A stretch of 64,000 bases of DNA from Octopus vulgaris. Its lineage: Eukaryota. Under the pieces are notes generated by a model. That model was not told the origin of the DNA and did no database searches. It saw nothing but the letters and a program-made list of their open reading frames with translations. A program made the position numbers and the translations under genes. The stretch covers positions 6,076,001 through 6,140,000 of the forward strand of contig OX597839.1 of NCBI GenBank assembly GCA_951406725.2. The letters are read 5' to 3'. Position 1 is the first letter of the stretch; each line of letters opens with the position of its first letter. Positions 50,701-64,000 of the stretch are shown here, one piece after another.

Positions 50701-50886
50701 TTTTCTTTTTATTTGCTAGAAGAGTGACGGATGAAGATGACGTTACAAAGAGAGAAATTATTAAAAATACTGTGGCGAGTTGCGGAGAATCGATTTAGAA
50801 ATAACAGAAAGACATGGAAACCAAGATTTAAAATAACAACATCAATAATAAATATGAAAGGAAAAAAGAAGAAAACTGTTACTTAC

Positions 50887-51553
50887 TGACGCATTTTGTG
50901 CCGTTAATACCCTGATAGCCGGGTAAGCATTTACAGCTGCCCATAAGGATATCCCAGCTGCCATCGCTTCGACATAGGTAAGTCGGGTTCGATTCCTCGA
51001 CGGCGTTTCCCACACACACACCTTTCTTTTGCACCAAGGACGAGACGGTCGGACCTGTCGGCGTCTCCATAAAAAAAGCGTAGCGAACCGTAACGTTCGG
51101 ACAGGTAACATAAAAGATCCTGACAGAAAGCAATGTTATACATGCGCCCGTGTCCTGGAAGGCGAAATATACTCCTTTTCGCTTGATGGTGACGTGTTTG
51201 GTCTCGTTGTTTACTTCCACCTTACGCGGTTGCACATACAGAGTGTCAGCAGCAATTGTATCTATCTTTGAATAGACGTTGGGCTGCCAGGTCGGCATCT
51301 GGTGGTTTGCAAAATCCGATTCGGCCTCATAATAGTAAAGGTTAAACGTCTCCTTGCATTGCTGCAAGCTACTTGGGTCGTTGTGCCGAACGCATTTTCG
51401 CATTGTAAATGTCATCTCTATGTGCAGGCGCTCCGCGTCACCTCGCTCGATATATGGTGTTCTTAACCAATTATTAATGTTCGGAGATGTGACATAACAG
51501 GAAGAATACGCCTGCACAGTTTCTCCTGCATAACTGCTGCTGCCCAACAACCA
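50887..51553 (-). CDS. Eph: Eph receptor tyrosine kinase, large exon (equivalent to vertebrate exon 3): ephrin ligand-binding domain plus Sushi/EGF-like start
   Basis: Translation WLLGSSSYAGETVQAYSSCYV..NNWLRTPYI..FTMRKC..CKETFNLYYYE..KIDTIAAD..GVYFAFQDTGACITLLSVRIFYVTCP..CVGNA..CRSDGSW..CKCLPGY..C matches Eph family motifs. Polypyrimidine tract plus tttag acceptor lies before the W codon (phase 0); gtaagt donor follows GTC A (phase 1); 667 nt. Confidence 0.97.
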
Positions 51554-51635
51554 CTAAAGAAAACGAAAAGAAAAACAAAAAAACAACATTTAGTATGTAA
51601 AAATATTGAAGAAACAGAGAACAATTAACAATCAA

Positions 51636-52069
51636 GGATTTTTCGGTTTGAACGGCACTTTTTAAAATAATTTCTAGGTAACTAAAAAAATTTTAACTTC
51701 GTATACTGGTAGAATGTGTTTATAAAACAACTTTTTCTCTTGGCTTTATTGAGAAAATTCTATAGTTTGTGAGATATTTGTTGTTTTTTCTTCAATTTTG
51801 GCAATTTCAACCAACCAATCAATGACGTGTATTTGAGGTGAAAACATTCTGTGCCGTATGAATATGTCCCTCGTTTAAGAAACAGATTGGGTTTATTTAC
51901 ATTTGTGAAGAAAAAAATATACCCTTGCCCCCACCCCGAACCCTAATCCTAACTAACCCTAACCCTAAAACAGATTGAAAGGCAATAAATCGATTCTAGG
52001 GTCATAATTATGGGTGACAATTTCATATGACACCGCTAGAAAAAACTGCCGTTCAAACCGAAAAGCTTC
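51636..52069. mobile_element. MITE copy 82 bp upstream of the Eph acceptor
   Basis: Degenerate TIRs; flanks ACAATTAACAATCAA and ACAATTAATAATAAC. Confidence 0.88.
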
Positions 52070-52097
52070 ACAATTAATAATAACAACAATAACAATA

Positions 52098-52235
52098 ATA
52101 ATGGTTTCAAATTTTGGTGCAAGGCCAGCAATTTTAGGGGAGGGGTGAAGTCGATTACATCGATACCAGTACTTCGGCTGGTACTTGTTTTATCAACTTC
52201 GAAGGGATGAAAGGCAAAGTCGACCATAGCGGAAT
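52098..52235 (-). mobile_element. SINE-B fragment with tail 3
   Basis: aataatggtttcaaattttggtgcaaggccagcaattt followed by the SINE-B body. Confidence 0.65.
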
Positions 52236-52321
52236 AATAATGTTTTTTTTTTTTTGTTTTCCATTTTGGCACAATGCTGGCAATTTTTTTTAAGGGGAGG
52301 TTGGGGAATTGATTCAAGGCA

Positions 52322-52363
<42 letters not shown>

Positions 52364-52479
52364 AATAATTTGATATTGAAAGTCATTATATAGAATACTT
52401 ATGTTCGTAAGTGAAGAAAATAAAAAACAATATACTTGATACACATTTCTGAAAAAAAAAAATTAGCAATCATCATTTT

Positions 52480-52516
<37 letters not shown>

Positions 52517-53815
52517 TGCGCGTGCGTATGTGAGAGAGGGTTTATATTTCTGTGCCTATATGAATAGCCGTTTTTTTTTTTCTTCAGTGTCCACAGCGAT
52601 GTTAGCGCTCGTACTTCTGAACACGGTTCATGTATGCGAATGTATGTGTGTATGAGAGAAAGTACAGACAGAATAGAGAGATAGAGAGGAAAATCAGGGA
52701 CATAAGAGAGAGAGAGAGAAAAGTGATGGGAAGGAATAATGAACAGGGCAGGAGGGAGACTGAGGGTTGAGTAAAGTGGGGAGGAATAGACTCTAAGAGA
52801 GAGAGAGAGAAATATGAGTAAAAAAAATATCTCTGTAGAATGCACACGTGTTAAACGTTAAGCGAGGCAGTCGCACGGAATATCTATACCTCGAAGTTAA
52901 TACCTGATATATTTACCTACTAATATTGCCCCTTTGGGGTGATATCAGAATATTCGCTTTTAATCGCTGCCCCGCTGGCTTCTCTCTCCATTTGCCCCCT
53001 CTTGGTGAGGGCTTAGTTTCTTTTGACATAAGGAGAAACAAAGTGCTCTAAGCAACAATAACAGCAACAGCAAACCTTAATAGAATAGATTCTGTATATC
53101 TGCACCCCTGCCAACACATCATCATCATCATCATTAAAGTAATGAACCGGGTTAAGAGGCGGAGCAGTTTTTTGTTGCTTTTTTTTTTTTTTAAATAGGC
53201 AACCCAACGTTTATATTTCCATCAGAAAAATCTGAAACTTTCCAATCAAAAGATAGTTTTACATGGTATTTCCGGCTCAGAAAGTGATTGGTCTTTTCTA
53301 CGAAAGCCAAGGTAATCGGATGTTTGTACTGTTGCTACTATTGCTGTAAAGGGTGGGGTGGGGGTACCAGTGAAGTCCTTAGAGCAATAGTTCCCCTTGT
53401 GCGCCTATGGACACCTTTGATTCCTATTTTACTCTGCTGGATTTCCATAGCTGGTCTATGTGTATATATATATATATATATATATAAATATATACACGTA
53501 ATACATAGGGCAATAATAAATTATTATTAACAGTGGCCTAGCAGAAAAAAACGAATTAGTCATTAGACTATATATTATTCATATAGAAATACAGCCTCTT
53601 ATTGTATTTCTCTCTCTCTATATATATATATGTGTGTGTGTGTGTGTGGTTTTAGAGTCAACTTTTAGCTGCTATTTCCAGCGTGGAGGTGGAAGTATCT
53701 CTTAGATACCCTAAATTATAATTTTAATAATAATTATTACCTTTGAAGGTTTTTATTCCCATGCTAGCCACTTGATAAGATCGATAATTAACTCAACGAT
53801 TTTATCCTTATTGAT

Positions 53816-53869
<54 letters not shown>

Positions 53870-53939
53870 TTCTAGTTTCAGCTCAGAGCTGCGGCCATGC
53901 TGATGCACCGTCGTTATATATATATATATATACACACAC

Positions 53940-53985
<46 letters not shown>

Positions 53986-54470
53986 GTATGTAATTCTATG
54001 TACATTTTGTTGTTGTTGTTATTTAGCATTATGTGAAGCCTGATCAAGAAGATCTAACATCAAATCCACTCTAACCGAAACCTGATTCTAGGGAGATTTG
54101 GCTCTTATTTTCAGTGAGCCGAGGGTGCCTTCGTTGTGTTATGGTTTCACTAATAACAACACTAAGTGAATACCAGCCTTTTCGAAATCTTTCAAGGGAA
54201 GCACTAGATGCAGAAAACTCATTGCCATTGTACCCGACTGAGGAAAGCATGGCCTGCTTAACGGATTAACATTTACAAGCCGACATGTTGATAATGATCT
54301 GAATCTTCAACATTAAGCTCACAAAGAATCCTTGGAAGAGCTCGATAACTTCAGCTTTTGTGAAAGGAGTCAGAATTATAAAAGTTTTTACTCACTGATT
54401 TTTATCTCACAGCGCGCACATACACTGTATTCAATGGGAGTGTCAATAGAAACTATAACCAGTGTGAAAT

Positions 54471-55197
54471 CAGGAACCAAAGATGTAAATATATATACCC
54501 CTTCCTACACACACATACACATACATTATGTCATAAGAATTTAGAAACTTCGAGAGAACATGAAATATTTCGTTTTTCAGGAACCAAATGAGTAAATATA
54601 TATACCCCCCCCACACACACACATACATTATGTCATAAGAATTTAGAAACTTCGAGAGAACATGAAATATTTCGTTTTTCAGGAACCAAAGATGTAAATA
54701 TATATACCCTCTCCCACCACACACACATACATTATGTCATAAGAATTTAGAAACTTCGAGAGAACATGAAATATTTCGTTTTTCAGGAACCAAAGATGTA
54801 AATATATATACCCTCCCCCACCACACACACATACATTATGTCATAAGAATTTAGAAACTTCGAGAGAACATGAAATATTTCGTTTTTCAGGAACCAAATG
54901 AGTAAATATATATACCCCCCCCCACACACACACATACATTATGTCATAAGAATTTAGAAACTTCGAGAGAACATGAAATATTTTCGTTTTTCAGGAACCA
55001 AAGATGTAAATATATATACCCCTCCACCCCCACACACATACATTATGTCATAAGAATTTAGAAACTTCGAGAGAACATGAAATATTTCGTTTTTCAGGAA
55101 CCAACGATGTAAATATATATACCCCTTCCCACACACACATACATTATGTCATAAGAATTTAGAAACTTCGAGAGAACATGAAATATTTTGTTTTTTA
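54471..55197. repeat. Minisatellite, 7 x ~104 bp
   Basis: CAGGAACCAA at 54471, 54578, 54680, 54784, 54888, 54992 and 55095. Confidence 0.93.
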
Positions 55198-55773
55198 CGG
55201 TTACACTCAAATTAGATGAAGCTATAGATAATGGTGTGTAAGTACTGTTTGTCTACTTCGAGTTCAACTGTTAAAAACGAATTATATATGTATACACACA
55301 CACATAATTATATATATATATACACACATGACGGGCTTCGTTTAGTTTCCGACTACCAAATCTATTCACAAGGCTTTGGTCAACCCGAGGCAATAGCAGA
55401 AGGTACTTGCCCAAAGTGCTACGCAGATGGACTGAACTCGGAACCAAGCGGTCGGAAAATGAAGCTTGTTACCACACAGCCATGCCTACGCTCACACACA
55501 CTCACACACACACACACACAATAGACAGAATTTACAAGTGACTCAAGGGACGAGTTCCGTACATGGCTTGTATCAGTCCGCCTTGTTACAGGGACGTAAA
55601 CAAACCAACAGTTGTCAAGCGATGGTGAGAGGTTGACAAACACAGACACAAATATACACATTGGGCTTCCACACTGTTTCCGTTGACGGAATTCGCTCGA
55701 AAGGCATTGATCGGTTTGGATCAATTACAATAAAATGCCCTTTGCCTAGAGTGACGCGCTACGGTATTGAACG

Positions 55774-56006
55774 AAGGCGGCGAGCTGGCAGAAACGTTAG
55801 CACGCCGTGCGAAATGCGTAGCCGTATTTCGTCTGCCGTTACGTTCTGAGTTCAAATTCCGCCGAGGTCGACTTTGCCTTTCATCCTTTCGGGGTCGATA
55901 AACTAAGTACCAGTTACGCACTGGGGTCGATATAATCGACTTAATTCGTTAGTCCGTCCTTGTTTGTCCTCTCTGTGTTTAGCCCCTTGTAGGTAGTAAA
56001 AAAATA
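55774..56006 (+). mobile_element. SINE-B, full length, 10-bp TSD GGTATTGAAC, inserted in an old SINE-A
   Basis: TSD at 55763-55772 and 56007-56016. Confidence 0.88.
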
Positions 56007-56729
56007 GGTATTGAACCCCAAATCATCTTCACCACACAACCAATATCTATGCCAATGCACAGGTTTAGTGCTACTAAACTGCCGCCAACACTAAGTAAAC
56101 GGTTGTAGAAGTAGTCACATAGAGAAGAATGAGTGAAATATAACCGTTTAATTATAATCATAAAAATATGACAAGACTAACTCATCATTATCGTCATCAC
56201 CAAAAATAAAATGGGAAAACGTGCCTTCACTGTTTCCCGTCAAAGAAATCAAGCTAATTACTTTTAATTTCACGCTTAATTCACACCGAAATGAAAGACC
56301 AGCAGTTATGTAAAATTAAAGAAGCTACAGGAATGTTTAAAACAAGATCTTAAACTCCATTAAACTTGAGAAAAACTTGGCTTCTTTTCGTGTTATGGAG
56401 AGAACTTATCTCACATTTTTTCTTTTTAATCTTGGCAGAGGTTATCGTGATTTAGTTCGGAGCGATGGCATTGAGGGATTAATGGCCTAGTGGTTAGGTG
56501 TGTTGCAATCTCGATTGCGAGGTCGTGGACGAGCTGCACATAAAGGAGCCCCAACAAAGTTTCCTGGATCTGATAGAAATAGACGAATTTCCTTCAAATC
56601 ACACTTTATCGACCTACAAAATGTGTGCTTGTGCGCGAGCGTCCAACCAAATACAGAGCCAAAAAGAATGAACGATAGGCAGACAGACAGACAGATATAC
56701 GCATGAAAAGATTGAGGAAGATATATATA

Positions 56730-56961
56730 TATTTCTTTACTACCCACAAGGGGCTAAACATAGAAGGGACAAACAAGGACAGACAAAGAGATTAAGTCGA
56801 TTACATCGACCCAGTGCGAAACTGGTTCTTTATTTATCGACCTCGAGAGGATGAAAAGCAATGCCGACCTCGGCGGAATTTGAACTCAGAATGTAACGAC
56901 AGACGAAATACCGCAAAGTATTTCGCCCGGCGCGCTAACGATTCTACCAGCTCACCGCCTT
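56730..56961 (-). mobile_element. SINE-B, full length, ~13-bp TSD AGGAAGATATATA
   Basis: TSD at 56715-56727 and 56965-56977. Confidence 0.88.
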
Positions 56962-57714
56962 CGAAGGAAGATATATAAATGTCGACAGAGACTAACTGAA
57001 ACAGACGATAGAAAAAAAACAAAAAAAAAAACAGAGACAAAGATATGTAATGAAGGAAACGAGAGGGTTTCATTGAAGCAGACGACAGATTGATAGATAG
57101 ATTTAGAGAGAAGGAAGGAAGGAAGGATGGGGGGAAAATAGTGAAGGATGAAATCTTTGCCATACTTCAGTGGAAATCTGAACGTCTGAGCACGAACACA
57201 AGTGGTATTATATCTGGTTAAGAGGAATATCTCTGATGAGCTTCTCGAAGACGTAGACAAACACAGAGACGTGGAGGATGCTGAGGATGTGAACGGTGGG
57301 GCGTGATATCTCATTCCACCGCTATATAACCCGATATTCAACATCATCGTCTGTCTTTATTTCTTTCTGTATTGCTATCAATCCATCTTATAACATTACT
57401 GTAGACACCCCTACCGTTTTCCTTTTCCTCCAACCATTCCTCTCTCTCTCTCTTTCAATCTGAGCTGTCTGTCATCCCTACCTCTCACGGTTAAATAGTC
57501 GGTTCGCTAATACACCTCAACCATTACCCACCCCCACTGCCGCCGCCGCACCACCAAGACAGCATCATTCAGTAACCAAAGATGGGCTTCTCAAAGTTTG
57601 AAGAGTTTTGCAAGGGAAATTCTGAGACATTTACAGAAAAATTAGTAGAAAGCGTTCGTGATGGATGGTTGGGTGAATGGACGGACGAAGGGACGGGCAA
57701 AAAGACGGACGAAC

Positions 57715-57749
<35 letters not shown>

Positions 57750-57957
57750 TATACACTCACGGGGAGAGAGAGAGAGAGAGATGGATGGACGGCTGGCTTG
57801 ATAAAAAGACAGATATGCGACTAAAGGTAGATGGACAGGCGAACGGAAAGAAGGAGAGGAATAAGGGCGAAAAAGGAGGGAAAATGCAGCAAGGAGAGCA
57901 GCAGTGGATATATATATATATATATATGTAAACAGGGTTGGACAACAAGAGAGGGAG

Positions 57958-58044
<87 letters not shown>

Positions 58045-58521
58045 CAGAGAGAGAGACATAGAACGGAAGACAAGGTCAGAAAATCGAGAAGCTGTTTGAC
58101 GGGAGGGAGAGAGAGAGAGAAAGAGAGAATTGGAGGGGAAGAAAAGGTAGGAATTGTGAAGAAAAGGAAGAGGAGACAGCGCAATGTTTGTTTGAGCCGT
58201 TGGAGAAGTTATTGAGGCGCGATCGGGGCGGAGGAGACGGTGGCAAACGGGATTCTGTCATACTATATATTAAGTAAACCAGGCATTCGTTTTGACAAGA
58301 TTTCCCAGCAGCCGCCATGTACTTGTCGGATTTTTATGACTGTATATACACACACTTATACATACATTCATACCTACTAATAAATCATATATTCACAAAG
58401 TCATCTATGCACACACACACACACACCCTACATACATTCACCACGTGCATGCATACATAATAGTTTGAAAGAATAAAAAAAAATCCTTAAGTCATGAACT
58501 GTCACAGAGGTCAGCTGCTCT

Positions 58522-58654
58522 GCGAGCCTGGCAGAGTCATTAGCACGCCGGGCAAAATGCTTAACGGCATTTCGTCCATCTTTATGTTCTGAGTTCGAAT
58601 TCCGCCGAGGTCGACTTTGTCTTTCATCCTTTCGGGGTTGATGAAATAAATACC
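58522..58654 (+). mobile_element. SINE-B 5' part, interrupted by the antisense trimer
   Basis: Head and body up to aaataaatacc. Confidence 0.8.
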
Positions 58655-59218
58655 TGTTTCTTTACTACCCATAAGGGGCTAAACACAGAGGGGACAATCA
58701 AGGACAAACAAAGGGATTAAGTCGATTATATCGACCCCAGTGCGTAACTGGTACTTATTTAATCGACCCCGAAAGGATGAAAGGCAAAGTCGACCTCGGC
58801 GGAATTTGAACTCAGAATGTAAAGACGGACGAAATACCTGTTTCTTTATTACCCACAAGATGCTAAACATAGAGGGGACAAACAAGGAGAGACAAAGGGA
58901 TTAAGTCGATTATATCGACCCCAGTGCGTAACTGGTACTTATTTAATCGACCCCGAAAGGATGAAAGGCAAAGTCGACCTCGGCGAATTTGAACTCAGAA
59001 CGTAGCGGCAGAAGAAATATCTATTTCTTTACTACCCACAAGGGGCTAAACATAGAGAGGACAAACAAGGACATACAAACGGATTAAGTCAATTACATCA
59101 ACCCCAGTACACAACTGGTACTTAATTTATCGACCCCGAGAGGATGAAAGGCAATGCCGACCTCGGCGCAATTTGAACTCAGAATGTAAAAACGGACGAA
59201 ATACCGCTAAGCATTTCG
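58650..59218 (-). mobile_element. SINE-B head-to-tail trimer, ~184-bp period
   Basis: AAATA(C/T)C junctions at about 58651, 58835, 59018 and 59202. Confidence 0.88.
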
Positions 59219-60190
59219 ATAAACTCTCTCTATATTAAATAAACCAGGCATTCTTTTGAACATAAGTTGCACATATAACTCATCGTTTTCTTTGTTCCAA
59301 TTCCTCGAATGGACCTTTGTTTCTTTGAAACCTGCTCCTTCCTTGGAGAGGGTATTGAAGTAATTAGAATAAGAGTAAGGGAAGGCATGGAAGGAGATAT
59401 ATACAGACATAACATATAACCGGTTGTGCATGTAGAAAGATAATATATTCTTTCCGTATTAAACACTATCGCATACCTTGTGCATCAACACAGTTTACTG
59501 GCAGGGACCAGCTTATTGACACAGACTTTACTCACTCACCCCTCTCGAATATTCTTATTGATATAGAAAACATGACAAAGACATGATATAGAAAACATAG
59601 ACAAAGACATAGAGAGAGAGTGTGTGTGTGTATTTCTGTGTGTGCGTGTTGCGGTTAAGTAACAGGTCAGCCTTGATCGATTATTGAAAAGCATTCAAGC
59701 CGTGACCATCGCGTCTTATTTCTATATTTTTTTAGATACTGTTGCATCTTGGATCATATAATTTAACGTGTCAGTTTGTTATTTCTTTTTAAAGACAATA
59801 ATAACGTGAGTTGTTGGAGATTTTAACTGCTGTTTCTAGCAGGTGGCGCGACCACAAAGGGGATCTTTCGAACCGTGGTATTGACTGTGGTATGAAGAGA
59901 TGACGATGATGATGATGATGATAGCGGTGTTGGTGACGAGGCGCATGGCAAGGGTGGAGGAGAAACTTAAGACCGATACTTTTAGGGCAAGTAAAGTTTA
60001 TAGCAGGAAGAAGAGCAGAGAACGAACCAGAGAGAAAAAGTGGGGGGATATATAGAGATGAGGGGAAAGAGATGAGGGTTAGGAGAGGGTAAAATGAGAG
60101 GGGGGAGAGAGAACGAGAGAGAAGTCGTTAGAGAGAATCTGGACGAAGTATATTATAAATAACGGGAAGCAAGCAGAGGTACATGTGAGG

Positions 60191-60225
<35 letters not shown>

Positions 60226-60360
60226 AGCGAGAGCATTTGAGTGATGTGCAGATTTTGGAATGACGGCTGTGTGTGTGTGTGTGTGACTAGAATGGAAACG
60301 AGACCGCGAAAGGCCGAGACAGGCAAAGACGAAAGATTTATCACCTGGTGAAAATGATTA

Positions 60361-60711
<351 letters not shown>

Positions 60712-61477
60712 CGCATGTGAGTATGTAATGAAGATTGAGTTATCAGAATGTTAAGTAGATTAGAGAGAAGGAGTGGGGGTGGGGATAGAGAGAAGAGGGG
60801 AGGGTGGGAGGAAAAACGAGATAGATGACAACATACAAATATAAAGTAATGGACCACGCATCCCTACACAGCCTATGCCCACACTCCAGCCATCCTCTCT
60901 CTCTCTCTCACTCTCTCTCTTTCCACACACCTCACCCCGACGCTCCAGAGGAAAAGCAGACCACACAAAAATAGGCTATAAGTTAGACAAGAAACAAAGG
61001 AGAGGAAATAAAGGGAAGAGGTGTACAAGTGGGACAAGACGAAAAACTGGGCTGGAAGAGCAACGAAGAGGCTTTAAAACATTGTCAGATATATGGCAAT
61101 GAGCTTATATCGAGGGACGAAACAAAGTGAATGGTCTATGGAGGGGGAGACTGCAGCGGGAATAGTTGATGGAGGAGGAGGAGGAGGGTGATGATGATGA
61201 TGATGAAGTGGATGAGGACGAAGGGGAAGAATAGGAAGAGGAAGAAGAAGAAGAGGAGGAAGAGGAGGAAGAAGAAGAGGAGGAGGAAGAAGAGGAAGTG
61301 GGGAAGAAGAGGAAGGAGAAGAAGGAGAGGAAGAAGTGGAAGGAGAGGAAGGAGAGGAAGAAGGAGAGGAAGTAGAAGAAGGAGAGGAGAAAGAAGAGGA
61401 GGAAGAAGTGGAGGATGGTGATGATGATGATGATGATAGTGGTGGTATGATGATAATGATGATGGTGATATCTCTCT

Positions 61478-61963
61478 GTCTTGTTTCAGCCATTAGATAG
61501 CGGCCATGCTGAGGCACACAGCCTTGAAGAATTCTTAAGCCGAAGAATCGGGCGCCCAGTAGTTTTTTTTCCGCTTTCTTTCTCATGTTTGTTGCCTCCT
61601 GGTATATTTATTCTATCGAACTGATTAGCCGAACTGCAAAGTAACGGGGACGTAAACACACCAACACTGGTTGTCAAGTGGTGATGGGGGGGGGACAAAC
61701 AGACGCAAAGACACACACACACACGAACGCATATATATATATATGTATATACTCTTTACTCTTTTACTCGTTTCAGTCATTTGACTGCGGCCATGCTGGA
61801 GCACCGCCTTTAGTCGAACAAATCGACCCCGGGACTTATTCTTCGTAAGCCCAGTACTTATTCTACCGGTCTCTTTTGCCGAACCGCTAAGTGATGGTGA
61901 CGTAAATACACCAGCATCGGTTGTCAAGCAATGCTAGGGGGACAAATACAGACACACAAACAT

Positions 61964-62046
<83 letters not shown>

Positions 62047-62182
62047 CCAAATCCACTCACAAGGCTTTGGTCGGCCCGAGGCTATAGTAGAAGATACTTG
62101 CCCAAGGTGCCACGCATTGGGACTGAAACCGGAACCATGTGGTTGGTAAGTAAGCTACTTACCACACAGCCACCCCTGCGCC
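61478..62182 (-). mobile_element. Two SINE-A copies (diverged 3' half at 61478-61725; near full length at 61752-62182)
   Basis: Reverse complement of SINE-A. Confidence 0.82.
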
Positions 62183-62606
62183 TATATATATTATATAAAT
62201 GTATGATCAACGACATATTTTTTTTTACTCCTGTGAACAATTGCTTTCCTACGTCCCAAATCATAATGTATGGCCTGTCAGGCCTATATATTATCGAGGT
62301 TTTGACAGGAACATGTCAAAATGTACGTGCTTATTCTGGTGATCAAATTGAGAGGAATAAACACAATATATAAACGCATACACACTATAGCAGAAAGTTA
62401 AAAAAAACATACATACATACATACATACATACATACATACAAACACTCGTTTATTTATATAGAGTGATTGCTTCTTCAAGTCAAAAGCACTTGCGTACTC
62501 CAGCTAAGAGAATATTCAATAAACTTTATATATATGCCTGTATACATCTATTAGCGTTTTATGCACACATGCACATAAATCAAAGTATACACGATACAAA
62601 TATATG

Positions 62607-62651
<45 letters not shown>

Positions 62652-62656
62652 ACATT

Positions 62657-62698
<42 letters not shown>

Positions 62699-62764
62699 CT
62701 CTCATGTGCTAATTGCAGCACGCACACACTTATATATGTTATAATTTATAATTTGAGAGAGAAA

Positions 62765-62827
<63 letters not shown>

Positions 62828-63264
62828 ATATATATATGTAGAGGGAGAGAGAGAGAGAGAGAGTGAATGAATGAATGCGAATTGGATTTTCTTTTGTATA
62901 ATCCTTCAAGAAAAGCCGAAACTATTTCTTCACTCCTCAATCCTACATATATTGGGGCGCAGCCGCCATTCAATTCTTGCTATTCAGCGAATATTATTGT
63001 TGTTGTTATTATGATTGGTGATTATTGTTTAGCTTCATCGGATCAATAACACACATTGAAAACCAACGTCACCTAGTCAAAGACATCTTGTAATGAGAAA
63101 TAAAGAAAGCAAAACAAACTAGAAATCTAAATAAAGACACACATACGTAACACACACACACACACAAACATATATATATGTACATACATACAGACAGACA
63201 CAAATACGTATATACATATAAATATACATAAATATACACACATATCTATATCTATCTATCTATC

Positions 63265-63296
<32 letters not shown>

Positions 63297-63360
63297 TATA
63301 CAGGTATACACACATGTATATGTACGTGTGTATATGTATATATATATACATACACATGTA

Positions 63361-63392
<32 letters not shown>

Positions 63393-63447
63393 CACACACA
63401 CATATATACACACACATATATATACACACACACACACACACATATAT

Positions 63448-63480
<33 letters not shown>

Positions 63481-63501
63481 TACACACTCACACACACATA
63501 T

Positions 63502-63570
<69 letters not shown>

Positions 63571-64000
63571 TATACATATATGCAGCCGCGCGTGCGCATA
63601 CATTGTTCAGTTAATGTTCGTTTTCCAAAGACGACTCTTCCCAGCCAGGTAAGAAGAATCTGACGGAATAGGCGAAGAAGGGAAGCGGAATATTTCAAAG
63701 AATCAAAACGAGAGAATACCTTCCACCCTATTCAAAAATCCACCCTAGTCACCCCCACCCCACCCCATCCCTCTACTCTCTCTCTCTCTCTGTGTTTGCT
63801 TTCAAAAATCCCAAAGCAAATAATGAATAGAAATGGCGTGGAAAAACAAAAAAACAAAAAAATTCATTTCTAGAACACGCCCCACCCCCACATCCCTCTC
63901 TTCTTTATCACTCATTTGCTCTCACTCTCTCTCTCTTCTCTCTCTCTCTGTCTCTCCCTCATATTTCTTCTATTTCTATTTCTCCCTCTCTCATAAACAA

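Larger units (their letters stand above)
3198..50886 (-). other. Eph: 47,689-bp GT-AG intron of the Eph gene
   Basis: Phase-1 donor at 50886 and phase-1 acceptor at 3198 join the two exons in frame. I found no intervening Eph-like exon by eye. Confidence 0.85.

Noticed and set aside
57233-57260. CTGATGAG hammerhead core
   Set aside because: Followed by CGAAG rather than GAAA, with no convincing stems.
56952-57347. 131-aa ORF as a possible exon
   Set aside because: No recognisable homology, poor acceptor, and it runs into low-complexity sequence.

Overview
Eukaryotic, AT-rich, microsatellite-saturated DNA. The repeat families look like those of octopus (coleoid cephalopod); this is inferred, not verified. 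The only host coding sequence I can support is two minus-strand exons of an Eph receptor tyrosine kinase. One is the 667-nt ligand-binding/Sushi exon (50887-51553). The other is a 156-nt cysteine-rich exon (3042-3197) that is missing from the ORF track. They splice in frame across a 47,689-bp intron. The rest is intronic: two abundant tRNA-derived SINE families (here 'SINE-A' and 'SINE-B'), LINE remnants (R4/Dong-like, CR1, probable Penelope ends with decayed hammerhead-like motifs), mariner remnants, a TIR MITE family, and many mini- and microsatellites. Nearly all listed ORFs are repeat artefacts. The most unusual signals are: (1) a MITE family whose copies are flanked by direct duplications of about 173, 8 and about 15 bp; (2) a SINE that appears to insert at GGTAT, including its own internal GGTAT, and that carries interchangeable 3' tails; (3) a decayed ~80-bp tRNA-like tandem array; (4) a long fold-back hairpin whose mismatches are strand-biased. 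All alignments and coordinates were made by eye, so repeat edges are approximate.
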